From Myxococcota bacterium (GTDB lineage: Bacteria > Myxococcota_A > Polyangia > Nannocystales > Nannocystaceae), in the NCBI GenBank assembly GCA_039194325.1, contig JBCCWC010000010.1, positions 71,020-135,019 on the forward strand: a stretch of DNA of 64,000 nt. The letters are read 5' to 3'. The notes below the pieces were generated by a model. It was not told the origin of the DNA and did not search any database. It was given only the letters and a program-made list of their open reading frames with translations. The first letter of the stretch is position 1, and the number at the start of each line of letters is the position of its first letter. The translations under genes were made by a program, and so were the position numbers. Positions 1-9,422 of this stretch are shown one piece after another.

Positions 1-1
1 C

Positions 2-175
2 GCCCAGTCGGAGGGCGGCTTCTACGATGAGCGGTGGGCGAGCAAGCTGGTCGAGCACTTGTTCGCGCCGCGGAATGCCGTGGATCCCGCCGATGCCTAC
101 CGGGCATTCCGTGGGCGCGACGCGGCGATCGACGCGCTGATGCGCGACCGAGGCTTCTTGCCAGCCGATCCGTAG
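2..175 (+). CDS. C-terminal fragment of an M3 family metallopeptidase (peptidyl-dipeptidase Dcp-like), truncated by the window edge
   Basis: Manual translation of frame 2 gives AQSEGGFYDERWASKLVEHLFAPRNAVDPADAYRAFRGRDAAIDALMRDRGFLPADP*. DPxxAYRAFRGRD...AL.R.RG is the typical M3A C-terminus. Confidence 0.75.
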   Translation, partial: AQSEGGFYDERWASKLVEHLFAPRNAVDPADAYRAFRGRDAAIDALMRDRGFLPADP

Positions 176-199
176 CATCGGCGTAGCGTCAGTCGAGCC

Positions 200-2074
200 G
201 TGGAATGCTGGACCGCTGTGCCCAGTTCGGTGGATGTGCAATCTGGTGATGCCCCGTGTGACGGGGAGATCGAGCTCGATCGCGAGGACGAGCTATGCCG
301 TGTCGAGCTCCGCGTGGAGCAGCTCGAAGAGCTACTCCACGACGGAGCGACCGAGTCGCTCCGTACTCGCTGGGCTGAGGAGCTTCGGTGGGCCCATCGT
401 GAGTGTCTCGAACTGAACCGACCGGAGCGCGCGTCGGTGCTGCAACGTCGCCTGGCCACGGAGCTGGACAGGCCGCACGCGTCTCGGACCAGCCGCCTGG
501 TTTCGCGCCAGCACGTGGCGTGGGCCCATGTTTGCCTCGATGCGGTGGTGTATCGGGTCGACCATGGGCAGGACGAGTCGGCCCTGGAGCGACTACCCGA
601 GCTGGTCGAGCGGGTGAACGCGATCGCCGACGACAAGGACGGCGTTCCGATGACCGCCCGAGTGCTCGAGATCTACTCGGGGCTCACGTGTCGACGCGAA
701 GGAGCCACGGCGGTCGAGCCCGAGCTCGAACACCTGCGGGTGCTGGCGCGCGGGTCGGATGATCGCCGGGTGCGAGGATCGCTGGCCCGGGTCCTGGGGC
801 TGCTGGTGCAGGTACGGTTAGCCGAGGGGGAGGTCGGTCTCGCGCGGTTACTCGTGGAGGAGCTGGGGATCGCCGCGCGGTGCAGCTGGGCCAGCACCGA
901 CGAGCGCACCGCCTTGGCCGAAGCTCTGCTCGCGCTGCACGAGCACGTGGGTCCAGCCGAGCGCGTGGTCATCGAGCAAGAGCTCGGCGAGCTGGCGACG
1001 CGCCCCGGGGCCGTCCAGGACCAGCGAAAAGCATGGAGCGCCGCCCTGGATCGATCCGAGCGCTCCCACCAGACCGCGAGCCAGCATCCCCTCGAGCTGC
1101 TGCGAGCGCGGGCCTACCGGGGAGCCGGGGCCGATGATCTTCATACCCTCTTCGAGCGCCTCGAGGCCGAGCTGCCCGGCAGTGAGCGTGTGTTTCACGA
1201 GCACATCGCCGTGCTCAACGAGATGAGGGCGATCGCCGAGCGGCCGGAGGTCGATCCGGCGTTGCGCCTGCGCTTTGCTCGGTATTGGCTGTCACACCCG
1301 TTCAATGCTCGGCGCTACGACTATGGCGCGGTGGCCAACGATCGAAGCGCCTACGCCTGGGTGTCCGAGGCGGCCGAGCGGGGCGATCTGGAGGGGCAGA
1401 TCTTGCTCGGGCGCTGTCTGGCTCACGGTCGGGGTACATTTCCCAACCGACGAGCGGCGGTCGAGCAGTTGCGCAAGGCGTCGGCGCGAGGCTCCGACGA
1501 GGCCGAGCAACTGATCCGAATGCTGGGCGTGGCGCGCTTCCCCTGGCTGCGACATCGCTATGTCATGTTCATGGTCGTCGGCTTCGTGGTGCTGGTACTA
1601 CACCTGCTGACGCAGCCCTTTGCTTTCGATCCGTGGGGCATACCCGCTTTTGTGGGCGTGATGTTCGGGTTCGCCTTGCTTCGGTGGGCGCTGTCGTACG
1701 TGGTGTCGCTGTTCGTCTCTCCGTCCGAGGAGGATGCAGCGTCTGGGACCTCGCATGCCTTCGATCGAGATGTCGAGTCCTTCCGCCGCAAGCCGTGGGC
1801 GATCGTGCTGGTCACCACCGAGGATGGCCTGGTGCTGGCTCCTTTGGCGTGGTTGGGGATCACGCCCCTGACGGCAGTGTCGATGGCCCTGTTGTTCGGG
1901 CTGCTCCACTACCCCAAGTACTCACCGCGGATCTGCCTGTACCTGACCGCGACCTACACCACGATCGCTCTGCTCGTCTTGCCCTGGGCGGGACTGTGGG
2001 CGGTCACCACGGGCCACGTGATATGGGACGTGTTGTTGCTCTACTGGGGGGTGCGTGAGAAGCGCGACGCGTAG
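200..2074 (+). CDS. Helical/Sel1-repeat protein with a C-terminal CPBP (Abi/CAAX-II) intramembrane protease-like domain
   Basis: 624-aa ORF. Sel1-like segment AAERGDLEGQILLGRCLAHGRG...LRKASARGSDEA, several TM helices, and CPBP-like motifs TEDG, FGLLH and HVIWD. Start uncertain. Confidence 0.6.
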   Translation: MECWTAVPSSVDVQSGDAPCDGEIELDREDELCRVELRVEQLEELLHDGATESLRTRWAEELRWAHRECLELNRPERASVLQRRLATELDRPHASRTSRLVSRQHVAWAHVCLDAVVYRVDHGQDESALERLPELVERVNAIADDKDGVPMTARVLEIYSGLTCRREGATAVEPELEHLRVLARGSDDRRVRGSLARVLGLLVQVRLAEGEVGLARLLVEELGIAARCSWASTDERTALAEALLALHEHVGPAERVVIEQELGELATRPGAVQDQRKAWSAALDRSERSHQTASQHPLELLRARAYRGAGADDLHTLFERLEAELPGSERVFHEHIAVLNEMRAIAERPEVDPALRLRFARYWLSHPFNARRYDYGAVANDRSAYAWVSEAAERGDLEGQILLGRCLAHGRGTFPNRRAAVEQLRKASARGSDEAEQLIRMLGVARFPWLRHRYVMFMVVGFVVLVLHLLTQPFAFDPWGIPAFVGVMFGFALLRWALSYVVSLFVSPSEEDAASGTSHAFDRDVESFRRKPWAIVLVTTEDGLVLAPLAWLGITPLTAVSMALLFGLLHYPKYSPRICLYLTATYTTIALLVLPWAGLWAVTTGHVIWDVLLLYWGVREKRDA

Positions 2075-2180
2075 AATTGCGCGAAAATGCTCTCGACAAA
2101 TGTCGCTAACGAACCTGGACGACTTATCTTAAATATCAGCGCAAAATTTTGTAAGTGGTTGAAATTGTTTACATAGAAAT

Positions 2181-2206
2181 AATTTTGTGACTTTTTTCAC
2201 TAAATT
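2181..2206. promoter_or_regulatory. Near-perfect palindrome with a TGTGA-N6-TCACT core in an AT-rich spacer
   Basis: AATTTTGTGA-CTTTTT-TCACTAAATT, with one mismatch between the arms. It lies between convergent genes. Confidence 0.35.
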
Positions 2207-2214
2207 TACTTATC

Positions 2215-3369
2215 TTAACCGCCGTCGATCACTTCTCTTAAACCGTGCTTGATCATCGTCTGCCACCGGTCGCTCAGCCGGTAGCGCCGAACGCGCTGGG
2301 ACTGTGTGGCCACCGGGTCGACGAATCCCTCGTCCATCCACTCGTGGAGCCAGGCCCGAGCGGTGGGTGCGGAGACCTCGAACCAGCTTCGGATGTCGCC
2401 AGGCCGAAGCTCGACGCGCGCGGCACGTTGCTCGAGTGAGCCGAGCAACAGCCGCGTGAGTACCTGCTGCTGACGCCGAGAGAGCGTCTCCCAGGGCATT
2501 TGTGCCAATTGGGTGGGTCGGGTGAGATCGTGCAGGTGCTCGGCCCTCATGCGGAGCTCGTCGGCGGCCTGCGCCATGGTCTCCACGAAATACTCGATCC
2601 ACTCGGTCAGGTCGGCATCGTAGCGACCTTCGTAGAAATCGATGGGTAGCCCCATCTGCAGGCTCTGATAATACTTCGCGCGGTCGGCGTCGAAGAACTC
2701 CTCGAACGAGAAGAATCCCCGCATTCGATAGCCCGAGCGCCACAGCTCGGCCGTGGCGAGGAGGCGGGCCGTACGCCCGTTCCCATCCTCGAAGGGGTGA
2801 ATGCTGAGGAAGCGATGGCTGAGGATCGCCGCTCGAACGGGGACTGGGAGCACCTGTGTCTCCCTCGCATGAAGCCAGGACTCGAGCCCACGCATCAGCG
2901 CGAGTACGTCCTTGGGCTCGGGGGGTGCATAGTCCACGGCTCCCGTCGCCGAGTCGACCACCGGGCACTCGACGCTCCGGTACTGGCTGGGAGTGCGTCG
3001 GCCGCGTAGCCGGACGATCACCGTGCCGTGAAGCCGCCGGATGAAGTCTTGATCTGGGGGTTCGCCTTGGTCGGCGAACTCTTCGACGCGCTCCAGAGCG
3101 AGCCAGTAGTTTCGTACTTCTTGCTCCGCCTCTGCCCCCTGCCGCGGGCCCGCCTGCACGATTGCGCGGCGAAACTCGCGTTCGTCCAGGGTGTTGCCTT
3201 CGATCGCCGTAGAGCTTCGCGTGTGCTTTTGCACCGCGCGAAGGCGGAGCCACAGGCCGGCGTCGGGGGGCAGGGGCAAGATCTCGACGATCGCTCGCGC
3301 AGCCTCGATGCGCCCCAGCGCGTCGACCATGCGGTTCGTATAGCCGAACCGTGGCGCATAGATCCCCAA
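2215..3369 (-). CDS. Fic family protein (AMPylase) with a C-terminal winged-helix-like domain
   Basis: Canonical HPFEDGNGRTAR motif, and an N-terminal STAIEG matching the (S/T)xxxE(G/N) inhibitory helix. Confidence 0.92.
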   Translation of the reverse strand: MGIYAPRFGYTNRMVDALGRIEAARAIVEILPLPPDAGLWLRLRAVQKHTRSSTAIEGNTLDEREFRRAIVQAGPRQGAEAEQEVRNYWLALERVEEFADQGEPPDQDFIRRLHGTVIVRLRGRRTPSQYRSVECPVVDSATGAVDYAPPEPKDVLALMRGLESWLHARETQVLPVPVRAAILSHRFLSIHPFEDGNGRTARLLATAELWRSGYRMRGFFSFEEFFDADRAKYYQSLQMGLPIDFYEGRYDADLTEWIEYFVETMAQAADELRMRAEHLHDLTRPTQLAQMPWETLSRRQQQVLTRLLLGSLEQRAARVELRPGDIRSWFEVSAPTARAWLHEWMDEGFVDPVATQSQRVRRYRLSDRWQTMIKHGLREVIDGG

Positions 3370-3378
3370 GGCCGCACC

Positions 3379-4596
3379 CTACTCGGCGAACATGCGTAGC
3401 TGCTCGACGGCTACGTCTCGCATGCCGCAGACGTCGTCGTAGTCCACGCTGCGCATGGTCACGTGGCCGTCGCTCATGAGGGTGTTCTTCCAGTTGCGTC
3501 GGGGGTGACCCACCGGGAGCAGGCCCTCCTCGATGAGCCCCCGGCCGGCTCGCTGGCGCACGGCCTCCAGCCCTTCTACCCGAGTGATCCGGCCCCGCCC
3601 CAGCGCCCGCTTGAACACCGTGACCACGTGGTACTTACGGCGCGGCTGCGCCTCGAAGGCGTGCCAGCACACCGCTCGGGCCCACTCGCGGTAGATATCC
3701 ATCTCGTTGGCGTAGTTTATCGCGTCCACGAGCTTGGCCCCGCCATTACGATAGCCGATCTCGCTAAAGACCGCCTCGCCTGAGCGGGTCTTGAACCACT
3801 CCATATGAAAGAAGCCGGTACCGATCCGCAGGGCAGCGAGCGCCTGCCGCCCCAGCTCGACGCCACCCCGCACGGCGGGAGTGTGAGGGTCGCGAAGGGT
3901 GATCTGGGCGGGGCTTATCCACTCTTGCGTGCGCCCCTGCAAGGGCGGCGGGTGGTACTGCGTGATGCTCTCGAAGACCGCCTCGCCCTCGATGGCCACG
4001 CCGTCGTAGGTGAACTCCTCGCCCTCGATGAACTCCTCGATGCTCACCTCGGGCACATGGCCCATGGTGGCCAGGCGGGCTCGCGCTTCGTCTTCGTCGT
4101 CGACCCGCCAGGTGTCGGCCGTGCCGGCCCCCGCGACCGGCTTGAGCACCACGGGGTAGCCGATCTCCCGCGCGCCCTGCAGTACGCCGCGGACCGAGTT
4201 GGCGCGGCTGAACCTCGGCACGCGCACCCCGGCTTCCTGCAATCGGGCCTTCATGGTCGGCTTGTCGCGAAAGCCCAGCGTGGTGTCGTAGTCCATCCCG
4301 ACGATCCCCATCGCATCGCGCACACGCGCGGCGAGCAGCACCAGTGGTTCCCATAGGGTCTCGACGCGGTCGGCTCCGATCCTGCGGGCGGCCTCCACCA
4401 GCAGCGGCAATGCTCGCTCCTCGTGGAGCAGCCCCGGCACCTGCAAGTAGTCGTGCAGGTAGGGCCTCACCCGGGGCGGGAGCTGGGCAGCCGGAGCATC
4501 ACCCACGCCGTAGACGGTGGCACCGACCTCGGTCAGGCCACGAGAGAAGTCGAGCATCTCGGCCGGATAGTGCGGGGACAGAAACAGGACCTTCAT
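3379..4596 (-). CDS. ATP-grasp domain ligase A
   Basis: Starts MKVLFLSPHYP (ATG at 4596). Motifs RDKPTMK, GYPVVLKP.AGAG, EEFIEGEE and HMEWF...FSEI. Confidence 0.88.
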   Translation of the reverse strand: MKVLFLSPHYPAEMLDFSRGLTEVGATVYGVGDAPAAQLPPRVRPYLHDYLQVPGLLHEERALPLLVEAARRIGADRVETLWEPLVLLAARVRDAMGIVGMDYDTTLGFRDKPTMKARLQEAGVRVPRFSRANSVRGVLQGAREIGYPVVLKPVAGAGTADTWRVDDEDEARARLATMGHVPEVSIEEFIEGEEFTYDGVAIEGEAVFESITQYHPPPLQGRTQEWISPAQITLRDPHTPAVRGGVELGRQALAALRIGTGFFHMEWFKTRSGEAVFSEIGYRNGGAKLVDAINYANEMDIYREWARAVCWHAFEAQPRRKYHVVTVFKRALGRGRITRVEGLEAVRQRAGRGLIEEGLLPVGHPRRNWKNTLMSDGHVTMRSVDYDDVCGMRDVAVEQLRMFAE

Positions 4597-4766
4597 CAGC
4601 GGGCGCAGCGTCGCCCAGGATGCGGAGCGGGGGAAGCCGCGGTGCTGGCGCGGGCTCGGGGCGAGCGTGGCACCCCGTGACGGGCGGATCCCCCCAAGGT
4701 GCACTCGAGGGCGGGCGTACTCGCCGGGAGTTGGTGGTGGTTGAGGCGAGTGAGACGAACGGCGCG

Positions 4767-5789
4767 TCAGGAGGGATCGGGCTTCGCGGCGATGAACGCC
4801 CGTCGCTGCTGCACCCACGCTTCCTCCTTGTGCAGGCCGGCGCGGGCGTACTGGGCTTGCAGCGCCTCGTAGCGCTGCTCGGGGTCGAAGCCCAGAGCCA
4901 GGTGGAGCTTGCGCAGGCACACGGGGCACAGGTGCATCGGCTGGCGGTCCGATTCCTCCAGGCTGTTGGAGCCGTTCATGGTGCAGCCGAGGAATACGCA
5001 GTGCCCCAGCCCGAACATGTGCCCCATCTCGTGGCTCATCACCGCGAAGGCCCGGCGCTCGACCAGGCGATGAACCTCGCTCGGGTCGGCGCGAACGTCC
5101 CCGTAGAAGTCGGGGTGGAGCCGGGCAAAGCTGAACACGCCCACTCGGTGAGTGAGGCGGGCCAGGCCGAACACGAAGTTATAAGAATCCTCGGGGTATA
5201 GATCGGACCACGTCACCGCGATCATGCAGTATGCGTCGTCGGGTAGCCGCAGCTCCATGTGATCGAGGATGTCGGCCGCGTTGAGCTGGGGTGAGCCGTA
5301 GTGTACGCGGCGGGTGACGTCGAGCGCGTCGAGATCGAGCGGGGGCAGTACTCGTGCCTCCAGTGAGAAGAAGTCGTGCGCGTAACTCGATAGCTCACCC
5401 GTGGTTGGCCCGCGATCGGCGGGGAGCGGACCCACCGGCAGCACGTAGATCACGTTGCGCGGGCCGGTCGGGTCGTTGGCCCCAGAGACGAAGTAGTCGG
5501 CGACGGTCTGTGGCTCTTCTTCGTGGAAGGTCAGCCAGTCACCGGGGCCCGGCGCAGGGAGGGGCGAGAAGGCCTCGGTGACCACGAAGGCACGACGCTG
5601 CCGAGAGGAGAGCCCATCGAGCGGGCCGATTGCATCGGCCAGCGGTGCCGGCGGAGCGAGAGCAGGGGCAGGAGCGGCCACGGAATCGAGGGCGGCGTTG
5701 GCATCCGGCGACTGGCTCGGCCACAAGATCCAACCCAGCCACGCGGCGCAGGCGATCGCGACCAGCGTCCATAGGTGTCGCGGGGCCAT
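4767..5789 (-). CDS. Archaemetzincin (M54) Zn-metalloprotease with an N-terminal membrane anchor
   Basis: HEMGHMFGLGHC..GC.MNGSNS...LCPVCLRKL and NFVFGLA. Confidence 0.9.
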   Translation of the reverse strand: MAPRHLWTLVAIACAAWLGWILWPSQSPDANAALDSVAAPAPALAPPAPLADAIGPLDGLSSRQRRAFVVTEAFSPLPAPGPGDWLTFHEEEPQTVADYFVSGANDPTGPRNVIYVLPVGPLPADRGPTTGELSSYAHDFFSLEARVLPPLDLDALDVTRRVHYGSPQLNAADILDHMELRLPDDAYCMIAVTWSDLYPEDSYNFVFGLARLTHRVGVFSFARLHPDFYGDVRADPSEVHRLVERRAFAVMSHEMGHMFGLGHCVFLGCTMNGSNSLEESDRQPMHLCPVCLRKLHLALGFDPEQRYEALQAQYARAGLHKEEAWVQQRRAFIAAKPDPS

Positions 5790-5932
5790 GAGAGCTTCGT
5801 GTCCAACGTGCGACCAGAAGTTTCATTGCACCAGTCGCAGGCACAGGATGCCGAGCGTGGACGCCGCTTGGGCAAGACCGAGGCCGGGCGCGACACCGTC
5901 GCGTATCCCGAGCCGGCCTCGGCATCGACAAC

Positions 5933-7153
5933 TCAACCGGCGTGGACCTTCAGCGTCTGTCCCACCGTATCCAGCATCTCGCGCAGGGTGTCGTAGTCTG
6001 GGTGCTTCATTTGTACCCAGGCGTTGGCCATGTACCCCGCGTCCACCGGTTGCGTGGGCGTGCCGGCGGGGGGCAAGTGCGCGTTGATCACCCACTGGCC
6101 AAAGCGCTCCTGCATCTGCTCGACGCCGGAGTAGCCGTGGATCCGCCCGTCGGCGCTCGGCCGCAGCGCGATGATCCCCGCCGCGTATCGCCGAGAAGCC
6201 CGCTGGGATGCGCGTCGGTGCACGATCCCGTGGGCCCACTCACCGTAGAGGTCGATCTCGTTGGCGGCGCAGTACAGATCCCACTGCCCCACGCCCGGGG
6301 GCCGCGCGCCGATCTCCGAGAACTTGAGCCCCTTGGGCCCGAAGAACCACTCCATGTGGGTGGCCACCGTGCCCAGCTCCATCGCGGAGATCACCGTGCG
6401 CCCGAGCTGCTTGACCTCGTCGTAGCCTGGCGCGTCCATGCGATTGGTGACCACGATCTGCGGGGAGATCCACCGCGTGCGCATGGCCTCCAGCACGTTG
6501 GGGTAGTAGTGCGAGATGAACTCGTGCTCGACCTGCCCTCCGATGCACAGGGTGTCGTAGAAGCCCTCGTGGCCCTCGATGAACTCTTCGAGTGCCACCG
6601 AGGCGCCGTGACCGATCCCGATCTGCCGCACGGCGTGACTGAGCTCGGCGTCGTTGGATGCACGATAGGTCCCGGCTGCCCCCGCTCCGGCGCGAGGCTT
6701 GAGGATGATCGGGTAGCCGACCTGCTGCACGAAGGCTTCCACCTCTTGGGGGGTGCTCGCTCCGGTGGAGCGGGCGCAGGGCACCCCGTGCGCTCGCAAG
6801 AACTCCTTCATCAGGGGCTTGTCGCGGCACAGCAGCGCCGCTTTTTCGGTGAGGCCCGGAATAGTGGCGGCCTCGCGCACGCGCGCGGTGGGGAGGATGT
6901 GAGCCTCGACGGTGGCCTCGAGGCGATCGACCCAACCCTGGGCTTGTACCCGCCGTACCGCGTCGAGCAACTGCTGCTCGTCGCAGACGTTGCCCACCTG
7001 CTCGTACCCGGACAGCCAGCCTTTGATCTCGTCGGGGAGGGCTGCGACCGGGGCTTCCCCGATACCGGTGACACGAGCGCCCACCGACGACAGGGCGCGG
7101 ACGAATTGGCGCTGGTAGGCGGGAAAGTGGGGCGCGACGAACAGAACGTGCAT
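5933..7153 (-). CDS. ATP-grasp domain ligase B (paralog of ligase A)
   Basis: MHVLFVAPHFP, RDKPLMK, GYPIILKPRAGAG, EEFIEGHE and HMEWF...FSEIGARPPG. Confidence 0.9.
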   Translation of the reverse strand: MHVLFVAPHFPAYQRQFVRALSSVGARVTGIGEAPVAALPDEIKGWLSGYEQVGNVCDEQQLLDAVRRVQAQGWVDRLEATVEAHILPTARVREAATIPGLTEKAALLCRDKPLMKEFLRAHGVPCARSTGASTPQEVEAFVQQVGYPIILKPRAGAGAAGTYRASNDAELSHAVRQIGIGHGASVALEEFIEGHEGFYDTLCIGGQVEHEFISHYYPNVLEAMRTRWISPQIVVTNRMDAPGYDEVKQLGRTVISAMELGTVATHMEWFFGPKGLKFSEIGARPPGVGQWDLYCAANEIDLYGEWAHGIVHRRASQRASRRYAAGIIALRPSADGRIHGYSGVEQMQERFGQWVINAHLPPAGTPTQPVDAGYMANAWVQMKHPDYDTLREMLDTVGQTLKVHAG

Positions 7154-7262
7154 GGTGTGCGCTCTTGGCTTGCCCCCGTGGAGGCGGATTGGCTAAAAGG
7201 CGGGCTCTTCTAACCGCGAGCGACGGCGGCTGACAAGGCGCCCGGAAACCTCGTTCTTCTCC

Positions 7263-8234
7263 ATGACCCTCGGTGTTCTACTCGGCCCTCAGCGCCTCCG
7301 TCCGACGATCGATGCCGAGCTTGGGCGTTGGGGCATCCCCGGGCCGTTGGCCACGATCACCGCGGGCTGGCAGGAGCGCGAAGCCGAGGATGACGAGCTC
7401 CAGGAGTTCTTGGGTCACCGCTGCGTGAACCTGCGGCTTCACGCGCGTAGCGACCACGTGTATCGGGAGGACCCGGAGTTCTTCGAAGCGCACCGGGCCA
7501 AGCAAGACGTCTTGCGCGCGCTGCAGGATCTGTATCGTCGTCGCCTCGCCCACGCTCTGGACGCGGCGCGTGAGGTCAGCGAGATCGCGGCCCCCGAGCA
7601 CCTCGTGGAGCAGGAGCGCGACGCGGCGATCCAGGCCCTGCGCTTGGTCGACGAGCAGCACCTGTCGCGCACGCGGGCGGTGCAGCAGGAGTTCGAGCAG
7701 ACCCATCGCCTCACCGGGCGTCCGGCTATCGAGCGCCACTACCGTGAGCTCCGCACGGTGCTGGGCGAGTGCTATGCGCTGCTGATCGCGGGCGGCCACG
7801 TGGCTTCGCTGCTCAACCGCATGCGCTTGTTCCAGTTCGACTCGTTGCTCTCGTCGTTGCCTCGCCCGCTGCCGATCTTCGCATGGTCGGCCGGCGCGAT
7901 GGCGATCACCGACCGGGTGGTGCTCTTTCACGATAGCCCCCCGCAGGGCCCGGGCAACGCGGAGATCCTCGGGGCGGGCCTGGGCTTGCTGCCGGGGTTG
8001 GTGGTGCTGCCTCACGCCCGACGTCGGCTCGAGCTCGACGACCCGGGCCGAGTGTCGTTGTTTGCTCGTCGCTTCTCGCCCGCCCGCTGCGTGACCCTGG
8101 ATCCCGGGGAGCGCGTGGCCTGGGACGGGCGTCGCTTCACCGTGGGGCCGGGGATCGAGTGCCTGATGCCCTCGGGCCAGGTCGAGCCCCTCATAGAGGA
8201 CTGGAGCCCCGAGCAGGAGGAGGCCACCCCATGA
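7263..8234 (+). CDS. Peptidase S51-like / class I glutamine amidotransferase-like protein
   Basis: LLIAGGH, nucleophile elbow AWSAGA, and GLGLL..LVVLPH. Divergent from ligase B. Confidence 0.8.
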   Translation: MTLGVLLGPQRLRPTIDAELGRWGIPGPLATITAGWQEREAEDDELQEFLGHRCVNLRLHARSDHVYREDPEFFEAHRAKQDVLRALQDLYRRRLAHALDAAREVSEIAAPEHLVEQERDAAIQALRLVDEQHLSRTRAVQQEFEQTHRLTGRPAIERHYRELRTVLGECYALLIAGGHVASLLNRMRLFQFDSLLSSLPRPLPIFAWSAGAMAITDRVVLFHDSPPQGPGNAEILGAGLGLLPGLVVLPHARRRLELDDPGRVSLFARRFSPARCVTLDPGERVAWDGRRFTVGPGIECLMPSGQVEPLIEDWSPEQEEATP

Positions 8235-9367
8235 GGCTGGCGATCCACCACTTGCTCGAAGGGGGGACGCCCGAGGGATCGGCCATCGATGCGTTCTTGC
8301 GCAATCGCAGCTTTCCCCTCATCGAGGGCGACCGGGCCACGTTCGTGTTCCACGGCAACGCCGACGCGGTCAACCTGCGCCACTGGATCTACGGCCTGGA
8401 GTCCGCGCAGCCCTTCTTGCGGGTGCCGGGCACCGACTTTTGGTACCTCGTGCACGAGCTGCCCCCGGGCTCACGCGTGGAGTACAAGATCGAGGTGATC
8501 CGGGGCGACCGCCACGAGTGGATCCGCGATCCCTTCAACCCCAACACGGCCCAGGACCCGTTTGGCGCCAATTCGGTGGCTCAGGGGGTGGGGTATTGCC
8601 GGCCCGACTGGACGCTGCCCGATCCGGAGGCCCGCCGAGGTCGCTTCGAGGACATCTGGCTGTCCGACACCCCGCTGGGCGGTTCGCGCCGGGTCACCGT
8701 GTACCTGCCGGCTCGCTACCGCCCGGGGCGTCGCTATCGCTTGCTGGTGGTGCACGACGGCGGCGACTACGTTCACTATGCCGCCCTCAAGGAGGTACTC
8801 GACAACCTGATCCATCGGCTCGAGGTCGCGCCGGTGATCGCCGCGCTCAGCCACCCGGGCGATCGACTGGTCGAGTATCCCGGCGATCCTCGGCACACCG
8901 CCTTCATCGCCGAGCACCTGGTCCCCGAGCTCGAGCGGCGATATCCGCTGATGCCCCAGCCTTCGGCGCGTTGCCTGATGGGGGCCAGCTTTGGCGCGGT
9001 CGCGTCACTGGCCACCGCCTGGCGCTACCCGGGCCGGTTCGGGCGGCTGCTGCTGCAGTCGGGGTCGTTCGCTTTTACCGACATCGGGCACCACAAGCGA
9101 GGGCCGGCGTTCGACCGGGTGGTCGAGTTCGTCAATGCCTTCCGGGACGCGCCGGGGCGGCCGAGCGAGCAGGTCTACCTCAGCTGCGGGATGTACGAGT
9201 CGCTGATCTACGAGAATCGCTCGTTGGTGCCGCTATTGCAGACCACGGGGATGGCGGTGCGCTACGAGTGGGTGCGGGATGGTCACAACTGGGAGAACTG
9301 GCGGGACCGTCTCCAGTCGGGGCTGTCGTGGTTGTTTCCGGGTCCGCTTTGGATGGTCTACGAGTGA
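8231..9367 (+). CDS. Enterochelin-esterase (Fes)-like alpha/beta hydrolase with an N-terminal CBM48/Ig-like domain
   Basis: ATGA overlap with the upstream stop. RVEYK...DPFNP, VYLP, HDG, GASFGA and GHNWENWR. Confidence 0.88.
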   Translation: MRLAIHHLLEGGTPEGSAIDAFLRNRSFPLIEGDRATFVFHGNADAVNLRHWIYGLESAQPFLRVPGTDFWYLVHELPPGSRVEYKIEVIRGDRHEWIRDPFNPNTAQDPFGANSVAQGVGYCRPDWTLPDPEARRGRFEDIWLSDTPLGGSRRVTVYLPARYRPGRRYRLLVVHDGGDYVHYAALKEVLDNLIHRLEVAPVIAALSHPGDRLVEYPGDPRHTAFIAEHLVPELERRYPLMPQPSARCLMGASFGAVASLATAWRYPGRFGRLLLQSGSFAFTDIGHHKRGPAFDRVVEFVNAFRDAPGRPSEQVYLSCGMYESLIYENRSLVPLLQTTGMAVRYEWVRDGHNWENWRDRLQSGLSWLFPGPLWMVYE

Positions 9368-9385
9368 GAGGGCCGCGCGGGCAGG

Positions 9386-9422
9386 CCATTACTGGAGACC
9401 ATCACTGGAGACCATCACTGGA
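9386..9422. repeat. 13-bp tandem repeat (~3 copies) spanning the stop codon of the DUF697 gene
   Basis: CCATTACTGGAGA CCATCACTGGAGA CCATCACTGGA. Confidence 0.85.

Noticed and set aside
2075..2110. Possible displaced 3' end of ligase A beyond fic
   Set aside because: Only a few scattered matching bases, not distinguishable from chance.
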